A DNA stretch of 64,000 nt from a virus. Shown in pieces: positions 53,488 to 64,000 of this stretch (position 1 is the stretch's first letter; the number at the start of each line of letters is the position of its first letter). Position numbers and translations under genes: made by a program. Under the pieces are notes generated by a model. It had not been told where the DNA came from. It searched no databases and saw only the letters and a list, made by a program, of their open reading frames with translations. The DNA lies in IMG/VR virus record IMGVR_UViG_3300036770_001342, positions 42,894 through 106,893 of that record, one strand, 5' to 3'.

Positions 53488-56400
53488 ATGTCAACTTCCG
53501 ATCCATTTAACTCACCTGGTGGTTTTAGTGTAGGGATTCCCCCTGAATTAGTAATTGATGCTTTTGGAAACATCGTAACTAATGTTAACGCCCCTAATGC
53601 TAATGTAACTGCTAATCGTGTTTTTGCAAATTCTTATCTATATGCTAACGGACAACCATTAAGCATTGGTGCTAGCGGATCAAATACTCAGGTTCAATAT
53701 AATAGCAATGGATTATTAGGCGCAAGTTCTGCATTCACATTCAATAGTTCTACTAATCTTTTAACAGTAACAAATTTACAAGTAGGTAATAGAGCCAATT
53801 TAGGTAACGTTTCTAATGTAGTTATTTTAGGCGGTACTAACGGATATTTTTTACAGACTGACGGTGCAGGTAATTTAACATGGGCTCCTGCAGGTAACGG
53901 CACTTCAAGTAATGGTACTCCCGGCGGCGCAAACACACAAGTTCAATTTAACAATGCGGGATCATTTGGTGGTGATGCAGGGTTTACATATAACAGTTCA
54001 ACTAACTTATTGTCAGTAGATAATATCAATACAGGAAACATTACTGCAAATTATATCTCTACTGCATGGGATGTAACTGCAAACGTTGTTGTAGCCAATT
54101 ATCTATATGGTGACGGATCAAATATTTCAAATGTTGTTGCTACTATAGCAGCCACAGCAAATAGTGTAGCAGGTGCAAATGTAACTGGTGAAGTTAATTT
54201 TGCTGCTGTAGCAAACAGCGTAGCCGGTAGCAATGTTACAGGACAAGTAAATTTTGCAAATGTTGCAAATAATGTTGCAGGTGCTAATGTTAATGGTCAA
54301 GTAGCAAATGCACTTGTAGCCGGTACGGTATACACAGCAGCACAACCAAATATTACTAGTGTAGGTAATTTAACATCATTAACAGTTGTGGGCAATACAA
54401 CATTAGGCAATCAAGTTGTAGCAAATTTCTTTATTGGAAATTTATTTGGCACAGCAAACTTAGCAAGAAATGTAACATTAGGTGCACAACCAAATATTAC
54501 TAGCGTTGGTACATTAACATCATTAACTGTAAGCGGTAATACAACATTAGGTAATAATGTTACTGCAAATTATTTTACTGGTAACTTATACGGTGTTGCA
54601 AATAGTGCAGTTACAGCATTAACTGCCGCATCGGCAAACCAAGCAAATCTAGCAAACATTGCTGCTGTTGCAAACTACGCCAATTATACAAATTTTACTG
54701 AGAATGCAAACACAGCAAATATTGCATATAGTATAGACGGTAGTAACGTAAACGGACAAGTAGCAAATGCATTAGTAGCTCAAACTGTAACAACAAATGC
54801 ACAACCAAATATTACTAGTGTTGGTACACTAACATCATTATCAGTATCAGGTAATATAAATGCAGGTAATGTCAATAGTAATTTTAGTGGTAATGGTAGC
54901 AGATTAAGTAACTTAACTGGTGCTAATGTAACTGGCGTAGTACCTAATGCAAATTATGCTGCCTTTAGTAATGTTGCATCCAACGCAAATAATGCAACAA
55001 CTGCAAATACAGCAAATACAGTAACAAATGCATCACAGCCAAATATTACAAGTGTTGGTACACTAACATCATTAACTGTTGCAGGTAATACTGTTACAAG
55101 TAACTTGTTTGCTAATACTGGAACTGTTAGAGCAAACATTTTAATTGGCACATTAGCCGCTATATCTGGTAATCAACCAAACATTACTAATGTTGGTACA
55201 TTGACAACATTAGTTGTTGCTGGTAATATTTCTGCCGGCAATGTAAATGCTGGTAACTTGCTAACAGCAAATTATTTAAATGGTGAACTATCCGCATCAA
55301 GCAGTTCTCAACCTAACATTAATTATATTGGAAATTTAGGACATCTGAACGTTCAAACTTCTGTGCCTGGTGGCAACGGTAATATTAATTTTAATGGAAG
55401 TTTAAATGGTACTGGTTTAGGAAGTAACATTTCTATTACTGGTAACTTAAATGCTGGTAACTTTGTACAAGCAAATTTATTGATTGGTAGTATCACAACA
55501 TCGTCACAACCAAACATTACAACAATTGGTAATTTAACATCACTAACAGTTGTAGGTAATACTAATTTAGGTAATGTTTCAAATATTACAATTACAGGTG
55601 GTACTAACGGTTATGTATTAGCCACTGACGGTACTGGCAATTTAAGTTGGGTAGCGCAATCAGGCAATGGTGGTAATGCAACTCCAGGCGGAGTGAACAC
55701 TCAAGTTCAATTTAATAACAATGGAACATTTGCAGGAAGCACCAGTTTTACTTACGATGACTCAGTTAAAGTACTATTTGTTAATGGCAATGGTAACTTT
55801 GCAAATACTGTAAATGCATCAACATTCAAATCAAACGTAGCAAATGGTACTGCACCATTTGTTGTAAATTCTGCTACACCTGTAGCGAATTTAGGCGTAG
55901 AAACTGCTGCCACTGTACGTAATAACGCACAACCAAATATTACAAGCCTTGGCGTCTTATCATCATTAGCGGTTTCAGGTAATTTAAGTAGCGGTAATTT
56001 AAACGGTGGTAACTTAGCATCGGCAAATTATTTGGCAGGTACTTTAATCACAGCAGCACAACCAAATATTACATCAGTAGGAACACTCACAAGTTTAAGC
56101 GTAAATGGTAATATTACTGCTGCTAACATTACAGCAAACACAGGCACGTTTGCCGGTAATGCAGCAGGTTTGACTAACATTCCTGGTGCAAACGTTTTAG
56201 GAATTGTATCAAATGCTGCATATGCAACAAATGCAGGTAATGCTGCCACTGCTGCACAAGCAACATCTGCAAATACAGCGGTCAATGTTACAGCACCTTC
56301 ACAACCAAACATTACTAGTGTTGGTACATTAACAAACTTAAACGTTACTGGTAATGTATTAGCAGGAAATTTAAATGCAAATAATGTTGTCACATCAAGC

Positions 56401-59400
56401 AACGGTGCATTTTACGGTAATGGTGTAGGTTTAACAACACTAAACGCAAGTAATTTAACAAGCGGTATTATATCATCATCAAGATTAACAGGCGCATATA
56501 ACATAAGTGTTACTAGCGCCAACAATGCAGCAACAGTTACTACAAATGCACAGCCAAATATTACATCAGTAGGAACACTAACCAGTCTTGGCGTAAGTGG
56601 CAATATTACTGCTGCCAACATCACAGCAAATACCGGTGTATTTACAGGTAACGCTGCAGGTTTAACAAATATACCAGGAGCAAATATAACTGGCAGTGTT
56701 GCAAATGCTGCTTATGCAACAAATGCCGGTAATGCCGCAAACGCAACAACAGCAAACACTGCAACTACTGCCGGCACTGTTACAAATAATGCGCAACCAA
56801 ATATTACAAGCATTGGTACACTATCAAGTCTAAATGTAAGTGGTAACGTACTTGCAGGAAATCTAAATGCAAATAACGTTGTATTATCAAGCAACGGTGC
56901 ATTTTTTGGTAATGGTTCAGGTTTAAGTAATTTAAATGCTTCAAATATTTCAACTGGCATTATTTCTGCTTCAAGATTGGCAGGCACATATAATATATCT
57001 GTTAATGAAGCAGATGTAGCAAATACTGTTATCCAATCAAGTCAACCAAATATTACTAGTGTTGGCACATTAACAGGTTTATCTGTTAACGGCATAACAA
57101 ATTTAGGCAATGTTTCAAATGTTAAAATTACAGGTGGCACTAACGGGTATGTTCTTGCCACTGACGGAACAGGCAACTTATCATGGACTGCACAGACAGG
57201 CGGCAATGGCAATGGTACTCCGGGCGGCGCAACTACACAAATTCAATATAATCAAGATGGAAGTTTTGCTGGTAGCCCTCGTTTAAGTTGGAATAACACT
57301 AGCAATATTTTATATGTCAGCGGTAATGCTACCATAACAGGTTATGTAAACGTTACAGTATTGACATCAAATGTTTCAACCGGTACTGCACCTTTTGTAG
57401 TTTATTCAAACACACCAGTAGCAAATTTAGGCGTAGAAACAGCAGGCACAGTGCGCAATGCAGCACAACCAAATATTACAAGTGTTGGTACATTAGGTAA
57501 TCTAAACGTATCAGGCAATATTGTTACTAACAATTTTACAGCAAATAATAACTTTACAACTAATGGAAACTTAATTACTCCATTAAATGTTTTTGCAAAT
57601 AACGGTATTGTTAGAGGTAATTTACTAACAGGTACATTAACAACTGCTGCGCAACCAAATATTACACAAGTAGGCACATTAGTAAATCTTTCTGTAACAG
57701 GAAATGTTGTTGCAGGTAATGTAAATGCAGGTAATTTATTAACTGCAAACTTTATTTTAGGTACGTTAACTACTAACGCACAGCAAAATATCAATTATTT
57801 AGGCAACATTGGTTGGTTAAATGTCAATACTTCTATACCAAATAGCAATGGTAATATAACATTTAATGGAAGTATTAGCGGTATTGGTGTAGGAAGTAAT
57901 ATCAACATAACTGGTAATATTAATGCAGCAAACTTTGTTGCTGCTGAAAACTTGATCGGTAAGATAACAACATCAGCACAGCCAAATATTACAAGTGTAG
58001 GTACATTAACTGGATTAGATATTAGTGGTCCTGCAAATTTAGGCAATGTTGCTAATATAAAAATTACTGGTGGTACTAATGGTTATGTATTATCTACTGA
58101 TGGTACTGGTAATCTAAATTGGATACCACAAAGTAACGGTGGCGGTGGCAATGGCGTACCAGGTGGCAGCAACACACAATTACAGTTTAATAATAATGGA
58201 AATTTTGGCGGTAGCGCACAACTCACATTTAATGATGTAACAAATCAATTAACATTGGTTGGTAATGCAAATATTAGCGGTAGATTAACTGCCAATACAG
58301 TAGTATCAACAGTATCAACGGGTACCGCACCATTAGTTGTGAATTCAACTACGCCTGTAGCAAATCTTGCAGTCGAAACAGCGAACACTGTTCGTGGTAA
58401 CTCACAACCTAACATTACAAGTGTAGGTACATTAGTTGGATTAAATGTAAATGGACATGCAAATGTCTCATCATTAACAGTAGATAATAACTTTACTACT
58501 ACTGGTAATATAGTTACTAATTCTAATATTTTTGCAAATAATGGATTAATACGCGGTAACTTATTAACAGGTACATTAACGACTACTGCACAACCAAACA
58601 TTACTAGTGTTGGCAATTTGATATCACTAAATGTAGTTGGAAATGCAAGCGCGGGTAATGTTAATGGTGGCAATTTAGTATCTGCTAATTTCTTAACAGG
58701 TACATTAACAACTAACGCTCAACCAAATATTAATCAAATTGGCACAATAGGTTATTTAAATGTTGATACAAGTGTTGCCAATAGTAATGGTAATATTAGA
58801 TTTAATGGAAGTTTAAGTGGTGTTGGCGCAGCAAGTAACATAACAATAACCGGTAATGTTAATGCTGGAAATTATGTTCAAGCATCACTATTAATAGGCT
58901 CATTAACAACTAGCAGCCAACCTAACATAACTACTTTAGGTAATTTGACTTCATTGCGCGTATTAGGTAATACAGATTTAGGACAAGTATCAAATATTAA
59001 AATTACTGGCGGCACCGCAAACTATGTATTAAGTACTGACGGTGCTGGTAATTTAAGTTGGGTACCACAAAGCAATGGAGGCGGTAACGCAAATCCAGGT
59101 GGCCCAAATAACAGTATTCAGTTTAACGACGGCGGCGTACTAGGTGGTGTAGCAGGATTTAATTTTAATAAATCTTCAAATTCTTTATCACTGGCAGGTA
59201 ATGCTAATATAACAGGATTAGTTAGTGCGCAGGCATTTAGATCAAATGTAACTACAGGTAGTCCTCCATTAATTGTAAATTCAACTACAACAGTAGCCAA
59301 TTTAACTGCTGAAACTGCCGAAACAGTACGTAACGCAAGCCAACCAAATATTACAAGCGTAGGTACATTAACATCACTACAAGTATCAGGTAATGCTAAT

Positions 59401-61812
59401 GTTGTAGGAACATTCACATCAGGTAACATTACTACGACAGGTACTATAGGTACCACATCATTAAATGTAACCGGTACTGCCTTATTAACAGGTAATACAA
59501 CATTAGGTAATACTACTGTTGCAACAGGAACAAAACTTAATGTAGTAGGTGGACTAAACGCAAATAGTTCAGGTAATGTAACTCTAGGTAATATCGCAAA
59601 TATTCACATATTTGGAGGTATTAATGGTTACTACCTACAGACTGACGGTGCTGGTAATCTAACATGGGCACCGGGCGGCGGTGGCGGTGGTAACGGTACT
59701 CCAGGTGGAAGCAATACTCAAGTTCAATTTAACGATGAGGGTGATTTTGGTGGAGCAGCCGGATTTACATTTAACAAAATTTCAAACTTGTTGTCAGTTA
59801 ATAGTATTGCCGTCGCAACAAATTTAAGTGCAAACACTATAAATCTTGCAAGTAATTTAACTGCAACCAATGTTACCGCAAATATTATTTCAGGTAATTT
59901 TGTAATAGGTGATGGTTCTAATTTAACAAACGTGACATCACAATTTGCTAACATCGCTAATAGTGCTAATAGTGTAGCAGGTGCTAATGTAACGGGAGAA
60001 GTAGCATTTGCTAATGTTGCTAACAGCGTAGCAGGGGCTAATGTAACGGGAGAAGTAGCATTTGCTAATACTGCTAATAGTGTAGCAGGTGCTAATGTAA
60101 CAGGTCAAGTAGGTTTTGCAGCAGTAGCAAATAGCGTAGCAGGTGCTAATGTAAATGGCACAGTTGCTAACGCAAACTTTGCTACAAATGCTGCTAACGC
60201 AAACTTTGCAACATTAGCAGGTAATACTAATTTTGCAAATTTAGCAAACACAGCAATAACAGTTACAGGTAACGATCAGCCAAATATTACAAGTGTGGGC
60301 AATCTAACTTCATTAAATGTTGTTGGAACTATACAAACAGGCAATGTATGGGCAAATTCTGGACATATCATCAGTAATACTATTACTGCAAACTTGATTG
60401 CAGGATCATTGATTACACCATCACAACCTAATATAAACAATTTAGGAAACTTAACATCGTTAACTGTGGGCGGATTCACTAATTTCTATGATAACGTTTA
60501 TGTCAATGCTAACTTGTTCGGCGCAAATGCCAACATCACAAACTTAAATTCATCTAATTTAACAAGTAATAATGCAAATATAAGCAATTTGGGTGTAAGC
60601 GGCAATGCTGTAATTTCAGGAAATTTAACTGTTAATGGCAATTTAATTTATGTAAACGTAGAAACACTAGCAGTAGAAGATCCTATTATCGAACTACAAG
60701 TAGGACCAAACGGCAATCCTCCGGTTGCTAATAGCGGTAAAGATGTAGGTACAGCACTTAACTACTTTGACACGGATGCACGTAAAGGATTTATGGGATG
60801 GGATGTCAGCGCACAAGAATTTGTCATGGCATCACGCACAGAAATCAACAACGAAGTTGTTACAGTATTACAGTTTGGTAACTTACACATTGGAAATATA
60901 ATAGGTAATGGTCAAGCATTAACCGGTATTAATGGTGCAAACGTAACTGGTATAGTAGCAAATGCTCAATATGCTGAAACAGCAAACAACGTAAACTATG
61001 CAAATTCAGCCAATACTTCTAATGTTGCAATAACTGTAAGTGGAAACGCACAACCTAATATTACTAGCGTAGGCACACTAGCAAACTTAGCAGTTATAGG
61101 AAATGTCAGTGCAGGTAATGTGTCGGGTACATTTATATCAGGCACACTAACAACAAACGCACAACCAAATATTACAAGTTTAGGATCATTAACTGGATTA
61201 ACTGTTAATGGCACTACTAATTTAGGTAGTAATTCTAATGTTAAGATTACAGGTGGCGCACTAGGACAAGTTTTAGGTACAGACGGTAACGGTAATCTAT
61301 CTTGGGTAACAGGTGCAGGTGCCCCGGGCGGTCCAAACACTGCAATTCAATTTAATGATAATGGTACGTTTGGCGGAACAGCATTCCTAACATTTAATAA
61401 GGTAACTAATACTGTACAGGTATCCGGTAACTTATTAGCGAACGGCTTCCAAATGGGAGCAGGTGCATTTGACTTTAGTTACAGCAATGTATATTTTGCT
61501 ACAACTAATAGCGCAGCACCAAATCAAGAAATATTGAATATTCCTGTTAGCGGTTTAGCAGCAGTCGATTATACAATTATTTCAACAGACGGATCAATTA
61601 GAAACTTTGTAAAAATATCAGTTGTAAGATCAGGAACTAGTGTAAATTATGTCGAATATAGCACACTTCCTGTAAATGGATATACTGGTGACTTTACAGT
61701 TGTTTATAATGCAGGCAATATTACAACTCCTGCAGGCATATCACTTAAGTTTAGTCCACAAACTGCAAACTTAATGACACATAAAATGATGGTTACGACA
61801 TATAAAGAATAG
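53488..61812 (+). CDS. Long Asn/Gly/Thr-rich repeat fibre protein (2774 aa)
   Basis: About 25 QPNITSVGTLTSL-type repeats and 7 GGxxxYxLxTDGxGNLxW...PGGxNTQxQFN modules. Very few charged residues. Late promoter. Confidence 0.8.
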   Translation: MSTSDPFNSPGGFSVGIPPELVIDAFGNIVTNVNAPNANVTANRVFANSYLYANGQPLSIGASGSNTQVQYNSNGLLGASSAFTFNSSTNLLTVTNLQVGNRANLGNVSNVVILGGTNGYFLQTDGAGNLTWAPAGNGTSSNGTPGGANTQVQFNNAGSFGGDAGFTYNSSTNLLSVDNINTGNITANYISTAWDVTANVVVANYLYGDGSNISNVVATIAATANSVAGANVTGEVNFAAVANSVAGSNVTGQVNFANVANNVAGANVNGQVANALVAGTVYTAAQPNITSVGNLTSLTVVGNTTLGNQVVANFFIGNLFGTANLARNVTLGAQPNITSVGTLTSLTVSGNTTLGNNVTANYFTGNLYGVANSAVTALTAASANQANLANIAAVANYANYTNFTENANTANIAYSIDGSNVNGQVANALVAQTVTTNAQPNITSVGTLTSLSVSGNINAGNVNSNFSGNGSRLSNLTGANVTGVVPNANYAAFSNVASNANNATTANTANTVTNASQPNITSVGTLTSLTVAGNTVTSNLFANTGTVRANILIGTLAAISGNQPNITNVGTLTTLVVAGNISAGNVNAGNLLTANYLNGELSASSSSQPNINYIGNLGHLNVQTSVPGGNGNINFNGSLNGTGLGSNISITGNLNAGNFVQANLLIGSITTSSQPNITTIGNLTSLTVVGNTNLGNVSNITITGGTNGYVLATDGTGNLSWVAQSGNGGNATPGGVNTQVQFNNNGTFAGSTSFTYDDSVKVLFVNGNGNFANTVNASTFKSNVANGTAPFVVNSATPVANLGVETAATVRNNAQPNITSLGVLSSLAVSGNLSSGNLNGGNLASANYLAGTLITAAQPNITSVGTLTSLSVNGNITAANITANTGTFAGNAAGLTNIPGANVLGIVSNAAYATNAGNAATAAQATSANTAVNVTAPSQPNITSVGTLTNLNVTGNVLAGNLNANNVVTSSNGAFYGNGVGLTTLNASNLTSGIISSSRLTGAYNISVTSANNAATVTTNAQPNITSVGTLTSLGVSGNITAANITANTGVFTGNAAGLTNIPGANITGSVANAAYATNAGNAANATTANTATTAGTVTNNAQPNITSIGTLSSLNVSGNVLAGNLNANNVVLSSNGAFFGNGSGLSNLNASNISTGIISASRLAGTYNISVNEADVANTVIQSSQPNITSVGTLTGLSVNGITNLGNVSNVKITGGTNGYVLATDGTGNLSWTAQTGGNGNGTPGGATTQIQYNQDGSFAGSPRLSWNNTSNILYVSGNATITGYVNVTVLTSNVSTGTAPFVVYSNTPVANLGVETAGTVRNAAQPNITSVGTLGNLNVSGNIVTNNFTANNNFTTNGNLITPLNVFANNGIVRGNLLTGTLTTAAQPNITQVGTLVNLSVTGNVVAGNVNAGNLLTANFILGTLTTNAQQNINYLGNIGWLNVNTSIPNSNGNITFNGSISGIGVGSNINITGNINAANFVAAENLIGKITTSAQPNITSVGTLTGLDISGPANLGNVANIKITGGTNGYVLSTDGTGNLNWIPQSNGGGGNGVPGGSNTQLQFNNNGNFGGSAQLTFNDVTNQLTLVGNANISGRLTANTVVSTVSTGTAPLVVNSTTPVANLAVETANTVRGNSQPNITSVGTLVGLNVNGHANVSSLTVDNNFTTTGNIVTNSNIFANNGLIRGNLLTGTLTTTAQPNITSVGNLISLNVVGNASAGNVNGGNLVSANFLTGTLTTNAQPNINQIGTIGYLNVDTSVANSNGNIRFNGSLSGVGAASNITITGNVNAGNYVQASLLIGSLTTSSQPNITTLGNLTSLRVLGNTDLGQVSNIKITGGTANYVLSTDGAGNLSWVPQSNGGGNANPGGPNNSIQFNDGGVLGGVAGFNFNKSSNSLSLAGNANITGLVSAQAFRSNVTTGSPPLIVNSTTTVANLTAETAETVRNASQPNITSVGTLTSLQVSGNANVVGTFTSGNITTTGTIGTTSLNVTGTALLTGNTTLGNTTVATGTKLNVVGGLNANSSGNVTLGNIANIHIFGGINGYYLQTDGAGNLTWAPGGGGGGNGTPGGSNTQVQFNDEGDFGGAAGFTFNKISNLLSVNSIAVATNLSANTINLASNLTATNVTANIISGNFVIGDGSNLTNVTSQFANIANSANSVAGANVTGEVAFANVANSVAGANVTGEVAFANTANSVAGANVTGQVGFAAVANSVAGANVNGTVANANFATNAANANFATLAGNTNFANLANTAITVTGNDQPNITSVGNLTSLNVVGTIQTGNVWANSGHIISNTITANLIAGSLITPSQPNINNLGNLTSLTVGGFTNFYDNVYVNANLFGANANITNLNSSNLTSNNANISNLGVSGNAVISGNLTVNGNLIYVNVETLAVEDPIIELQVGPNGNPPVANSGKDVGTALNYFDTDARKGFMGWDVSAQEFVMASRTEINNEVVTVLQFGNLHIGNIIGNGQALTGINGANVTGIVANAQYAETANNVNYANSANTSNVAITVSGNAQPNITSVGTLANLAVIGNVSAGNVSGTFISGTLTTNAQPNITSLGSLTGLTVNGTTNLGSNSNVKITGGALGQVLGTDGNGNLSWVTGAGAPGGPNTAIQFNDNGTFGGTAFLTFNKVTNTVQVSGNLLANGFQMGAGAFDFSYSNVYFATTNSAAPNQEILNIPVSGLAAVDYTIISTDGSIRNFVKISVVRSGTSVNYVEYSTLPVNGYTGDFTVVYNAGNITTPAGISLKFSPQTANLMTHKMMVTTYKE
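59965..60158 (+). repeat. 54-bp (18-aa) tandem repeat ANSVAGANVTGEVAFANV, about 3.5 copies
   Basis: Near-identical DNA copies (gtagcagg.gctaatgtaac.gg). A more diverged array of the same unit lies at about 54155-54310. Confidence 0.85.
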
Positions 61813-61818
61813 AAAAAC

Positions 61819-61826
61819 GATAAATA
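61819..61826 (+). promoter_or_regulatory. Late promoter (GATAAATA)
   Basis: Followed by GGAG RBS and ATG at 61851. Confidence 0.65.
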
Positions 61827-61850
61827 ATTAGATAACGGAGATTAGCACAA

Positions 61851-64000
61851 ATGGCTCTAAAACCACTTAATTCGGTCGGCGGTTTCTCAGTAGGAGAAGT
61901 GCCTGCAAATGTGATACTTGCAAATGCGGATATCACAGCAAATAACGCTACATTTAGCGGCAACGTATTGATTTCAAATAGTACGAACACATGGGGCGTA
62001 CTAACAGACAACTTATATTATAGCAACGGCGTACCTTGGGATTTTCAACAAGCCGCAGGCTCAAATGGTGAACTACAGTTCAATATGGGCGACGACTTTG
62101 CTGCTAGCCCAAATTTAACATTTGATAATACTACTCAGTTATTCACAGTAACAGGTAATGCTAATATTACAGGCACATTAACTGCCGGTGCTATCGAAGT
62201 AGACGAAATTTTTAATGGTAATAGTAATGTTGCTATTCCAGCAGCCAACGGCAATGTCAATATCTCTGTTTCAGGAAACGCCAACGTTCTAGTGGTTACG
62301 GGCACAGGCGCAAATGTTAATGGTTATATCGACGCTTCAGGAAACGTTGAAGGTGCAAATCTCCGTACTAATGATGGATACATTGAATCAACATCACCTT
62401 CTGTAGGATTATATCTTATTCCGGGCAGCAGCACAGCGGGTATTGTGGCTTATAGCAAGTTTGTTCCTAATGCTAACGTATCGCATGATTTAGGTAGCAC
62501 AAGTCTAAATTGGGCAAATGTATATGCAAACAATGCAATTATAGCAGCAAATTTACAATCAGGTAATGCAAATTTAGGTAACGCTGCCGTTGCTAATTAT
62601 GCTAACGTCAATTTTGATTTAGGTGTTACACAAACTGTATTTGCTGCTAACTTAGTAGCAAACGTCTCAGCGAACGTAAGCAACATTCAAGTTGCTAACT
62701 TTGTTGTCAGTAACTTAACACCAGCAACAGACGACCAATATAGTTTAGGTACTACATTAAAGCGTTGGAAAGATATTAATATTAGTGGTAACGCTAATAT
62801 TGCTACATTAAATGTTTCAGGCAACGGTAGTTTCTTAAATTTAAATTTTGGTAACTTACTAACTGGTAACTACGCAAACTTTAATAATGATGTTGTAGTT
62901 CAAGGCAATATTGCTAATGCTAATAATATTAGTGTAACAAATGCATTAAATGCAAATACTGGTAATTTTAGTGGCAACATCTCAGCACTAAATGCAAATC
63001 TCGGTAATCTTGCTACAGCAAATTATGTCAACGTAGCACAGAACGTAGATATTAATGGTAGTTTAGATGCAACCAACGCAAACTTTGTTGGTAACATAGC
63101 AATATCAAACAGCAATCCTGCTTATGGTATCTTAACTGACAATCTATATTATGCTAACGGTCAACCTTGGGATCTACAAGAAGCAGCAGGTAATAATAAC
63201 GAAATTCAATTTAATAGTAATGACGATTTTGCTGCTAGCGCAAACTTTACATTTAACCCAACAACAGACACATTAACTGTAAATGGTAATGCTAACGTTA
63301 CAAACACATTATTAACACCAAATGTTGATAGTGGTACAAGTAATTTAACATTAACTTCAAATGGTTATAGTTCAGTATTTGAAAATAATGGTAACGTAAC
63401 ATTCCCTGGCAACGTAATGGCTACCACATTCTACGGTAACGTAGTAGCCAATATTACAGTTACAGCAGCAAACACTACAGTATTATTCTCAGATAATGGA
63501 GCAATTAGTGGTAGTAATGCGTTCACATTTGATAAACTTTCAAATGCTATTACTACAGCCGGCAATGTCAATGTAGGCGGTAATTTAGATGTTAACGGTA
63601 CTACAAACTTAGATGGTAATTTAACTGCTGTCTATGCTAACTTTGTAGGCAACGTCCACATCGCTCCAAGCGGTGCAAACAATTTTGGTATAATGACAGA
63701 TTACTTGTATTATGCTAACGGCGCTGCATGGGACCTACAACAAGCAGCAGGATCAAATACTCAGATTCAATATAACATGGGTAATGATTTTGCAGCAAGC
63801 GCAAACTTTACTTATGATGACTTAACACAACAATTTACTGTATTAGGTAATGGTCAATTTAATAATGCAAATCTTGGCAATTTAGCAATTGCTAACTTTG
63901 TAAATGTTGCCAGCAACGTAACTACAAGTAATCTAACAGTCAATACTGAACTTGCTGGTAATACAGCAAACTTTAGTGGTAACGTTGTTGTAAATAATTT
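61851..64000 (+). CDS. Second Asn-rich fibre protein, truncated by the window end
   Basis: MALKPLNSVGGFSVGEVPANVILANADITAN..., appearing open to the end. Three copies of G(V/I)(L/M)TD.LYY.NG..WD.Q.AAG.N..(L/I)Q(F/Y)N. Shares its N-terminal motif with the 2774-aa fibre. Confidence 0.8.
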   Translation, partial: MALKPLNSVGGFSVGEVPANVILANADITANNATFSGNVLISNSTNTWGVLTDNLYYSNGVPWDFQQAAGSNGELQFNMGDDFAASPNLTFDNTTQLFTVTGNANITGTLTAGAIEVDEIFNGNSNVAIPAANGNVNISVSGNANVLVVTGTGANVNGYIDASGNVEGANLRTNDGYIESTSPSVGLYLIPGSSTAGIVAYSKFVPNANVSHDLGSTSLNWANVYANNAIIAANLQSGNANLGNAAVANYANVNFDLGVTQTVFAANLVANVSANVSNIQVANFVVSNLTPATDDQYSLGTTLKRWKDINISGNANIATLNVSGNGSFLNLNFGNLLTGNYANFNNDVVVQGNIANANNISVTNALNANTGNFSGNISALNANLGNLATANYVNVAQNVDINGSLDATNANFVGNIAISNSNPAYGILTDNLYYANGQPWDLQEAAGNNNEIQFNSNDDFAASANFTFNPTTDTLTVNGNANVTNTLLTPNVDSGTSNLTLTSNGYSSVFENNGNVTFPGNVMATTFYGNVVANITVTAANTTVLFSDNGAISGSNAFTFDKLSNAITTAGNVNVGGNLDVNGTTNLDGNLTAVYANFVGNVHIAPSGANNFGIMTDYLYYANGAAWDLQQAAGSNTQIQYNMGNDFAASANFTYDDLTQQFTVLGNGQFNNANLGNLAIANFVNVASNVTTSNLTVNTELAGNTANFSGNVVVNN

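Noticed and set aside
561-62011. Numerous short antisense or alternate-frame ORFs in the track (e.g. 9193-9630, 29635-30039, 44315-44770, 58245-58673, 61793-62011)
   Set aside because: They are shadows of long genes, caused by codon bias and low-complexity repeats, with no independent expression signals.
53488-64000. CRISPR array or DGR template/variable repeats
   Set aside because: The repeats are in-frame protein repeats that vary mainly at synonymous sites. There are no unique spacers, no obvious adenine-specific pattern, and no cas or reverse transcriptase gene in the window.

Overview
The window is a 64 kb, AT-rich, gene-dense piece of a large T4-related (myovirus-type, probably jumbo) dsDNA phage. 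No cellular housekeeping genes are visible. From 1 to 36979 on the minus strand lies a late baseplate/tail block. It holds gp48/54-like, gp53, hub, gp5, gp25 and gp6 genes, a 6437-aa multidomain wedge/adhesin protein, small virion proteins and a cluster of glycosyltransferase-like genes. From 37120 to 41441 on the plus strand are the late sigma factor (gp55-like), gp47/gp46 (Mre11/Rad50) and a Holliday junction resolvase. Next come a ~410 bp highly structured non-coding region, a gp26/gp51-like tail chaperone pair, and a tape measure protein with a C-terminal M15-like peptidase. The head module (gp20, core, gp21, gp22, gp23), a degenerate HNH protein and two Asn-rich repeat fibre genes follow. 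TAAATA late promoters precede most structural genes. The most notable observations are four. (1) Four TonB-box-like motifs (LEEVVVTARR type) sit in disordered parts of two tail-tip proteins. (2) The non-coding region is an ornate hairpin array ending in a sheared-G.A/GCGAAGC ssDNA-type hairpin, a candidate novel ncRNA or origin. (3) A T-TTT-TTC -1 frameshift site would fuse the gp26-like gene to an unannotated gp51-like ORF. (4) Fixed promoter-to-ATG spacings imply leaderless mRNAs, and some late promoters occur as face-to-face pairs. All functional calls come from motif recognition by eye; no database searches were run.
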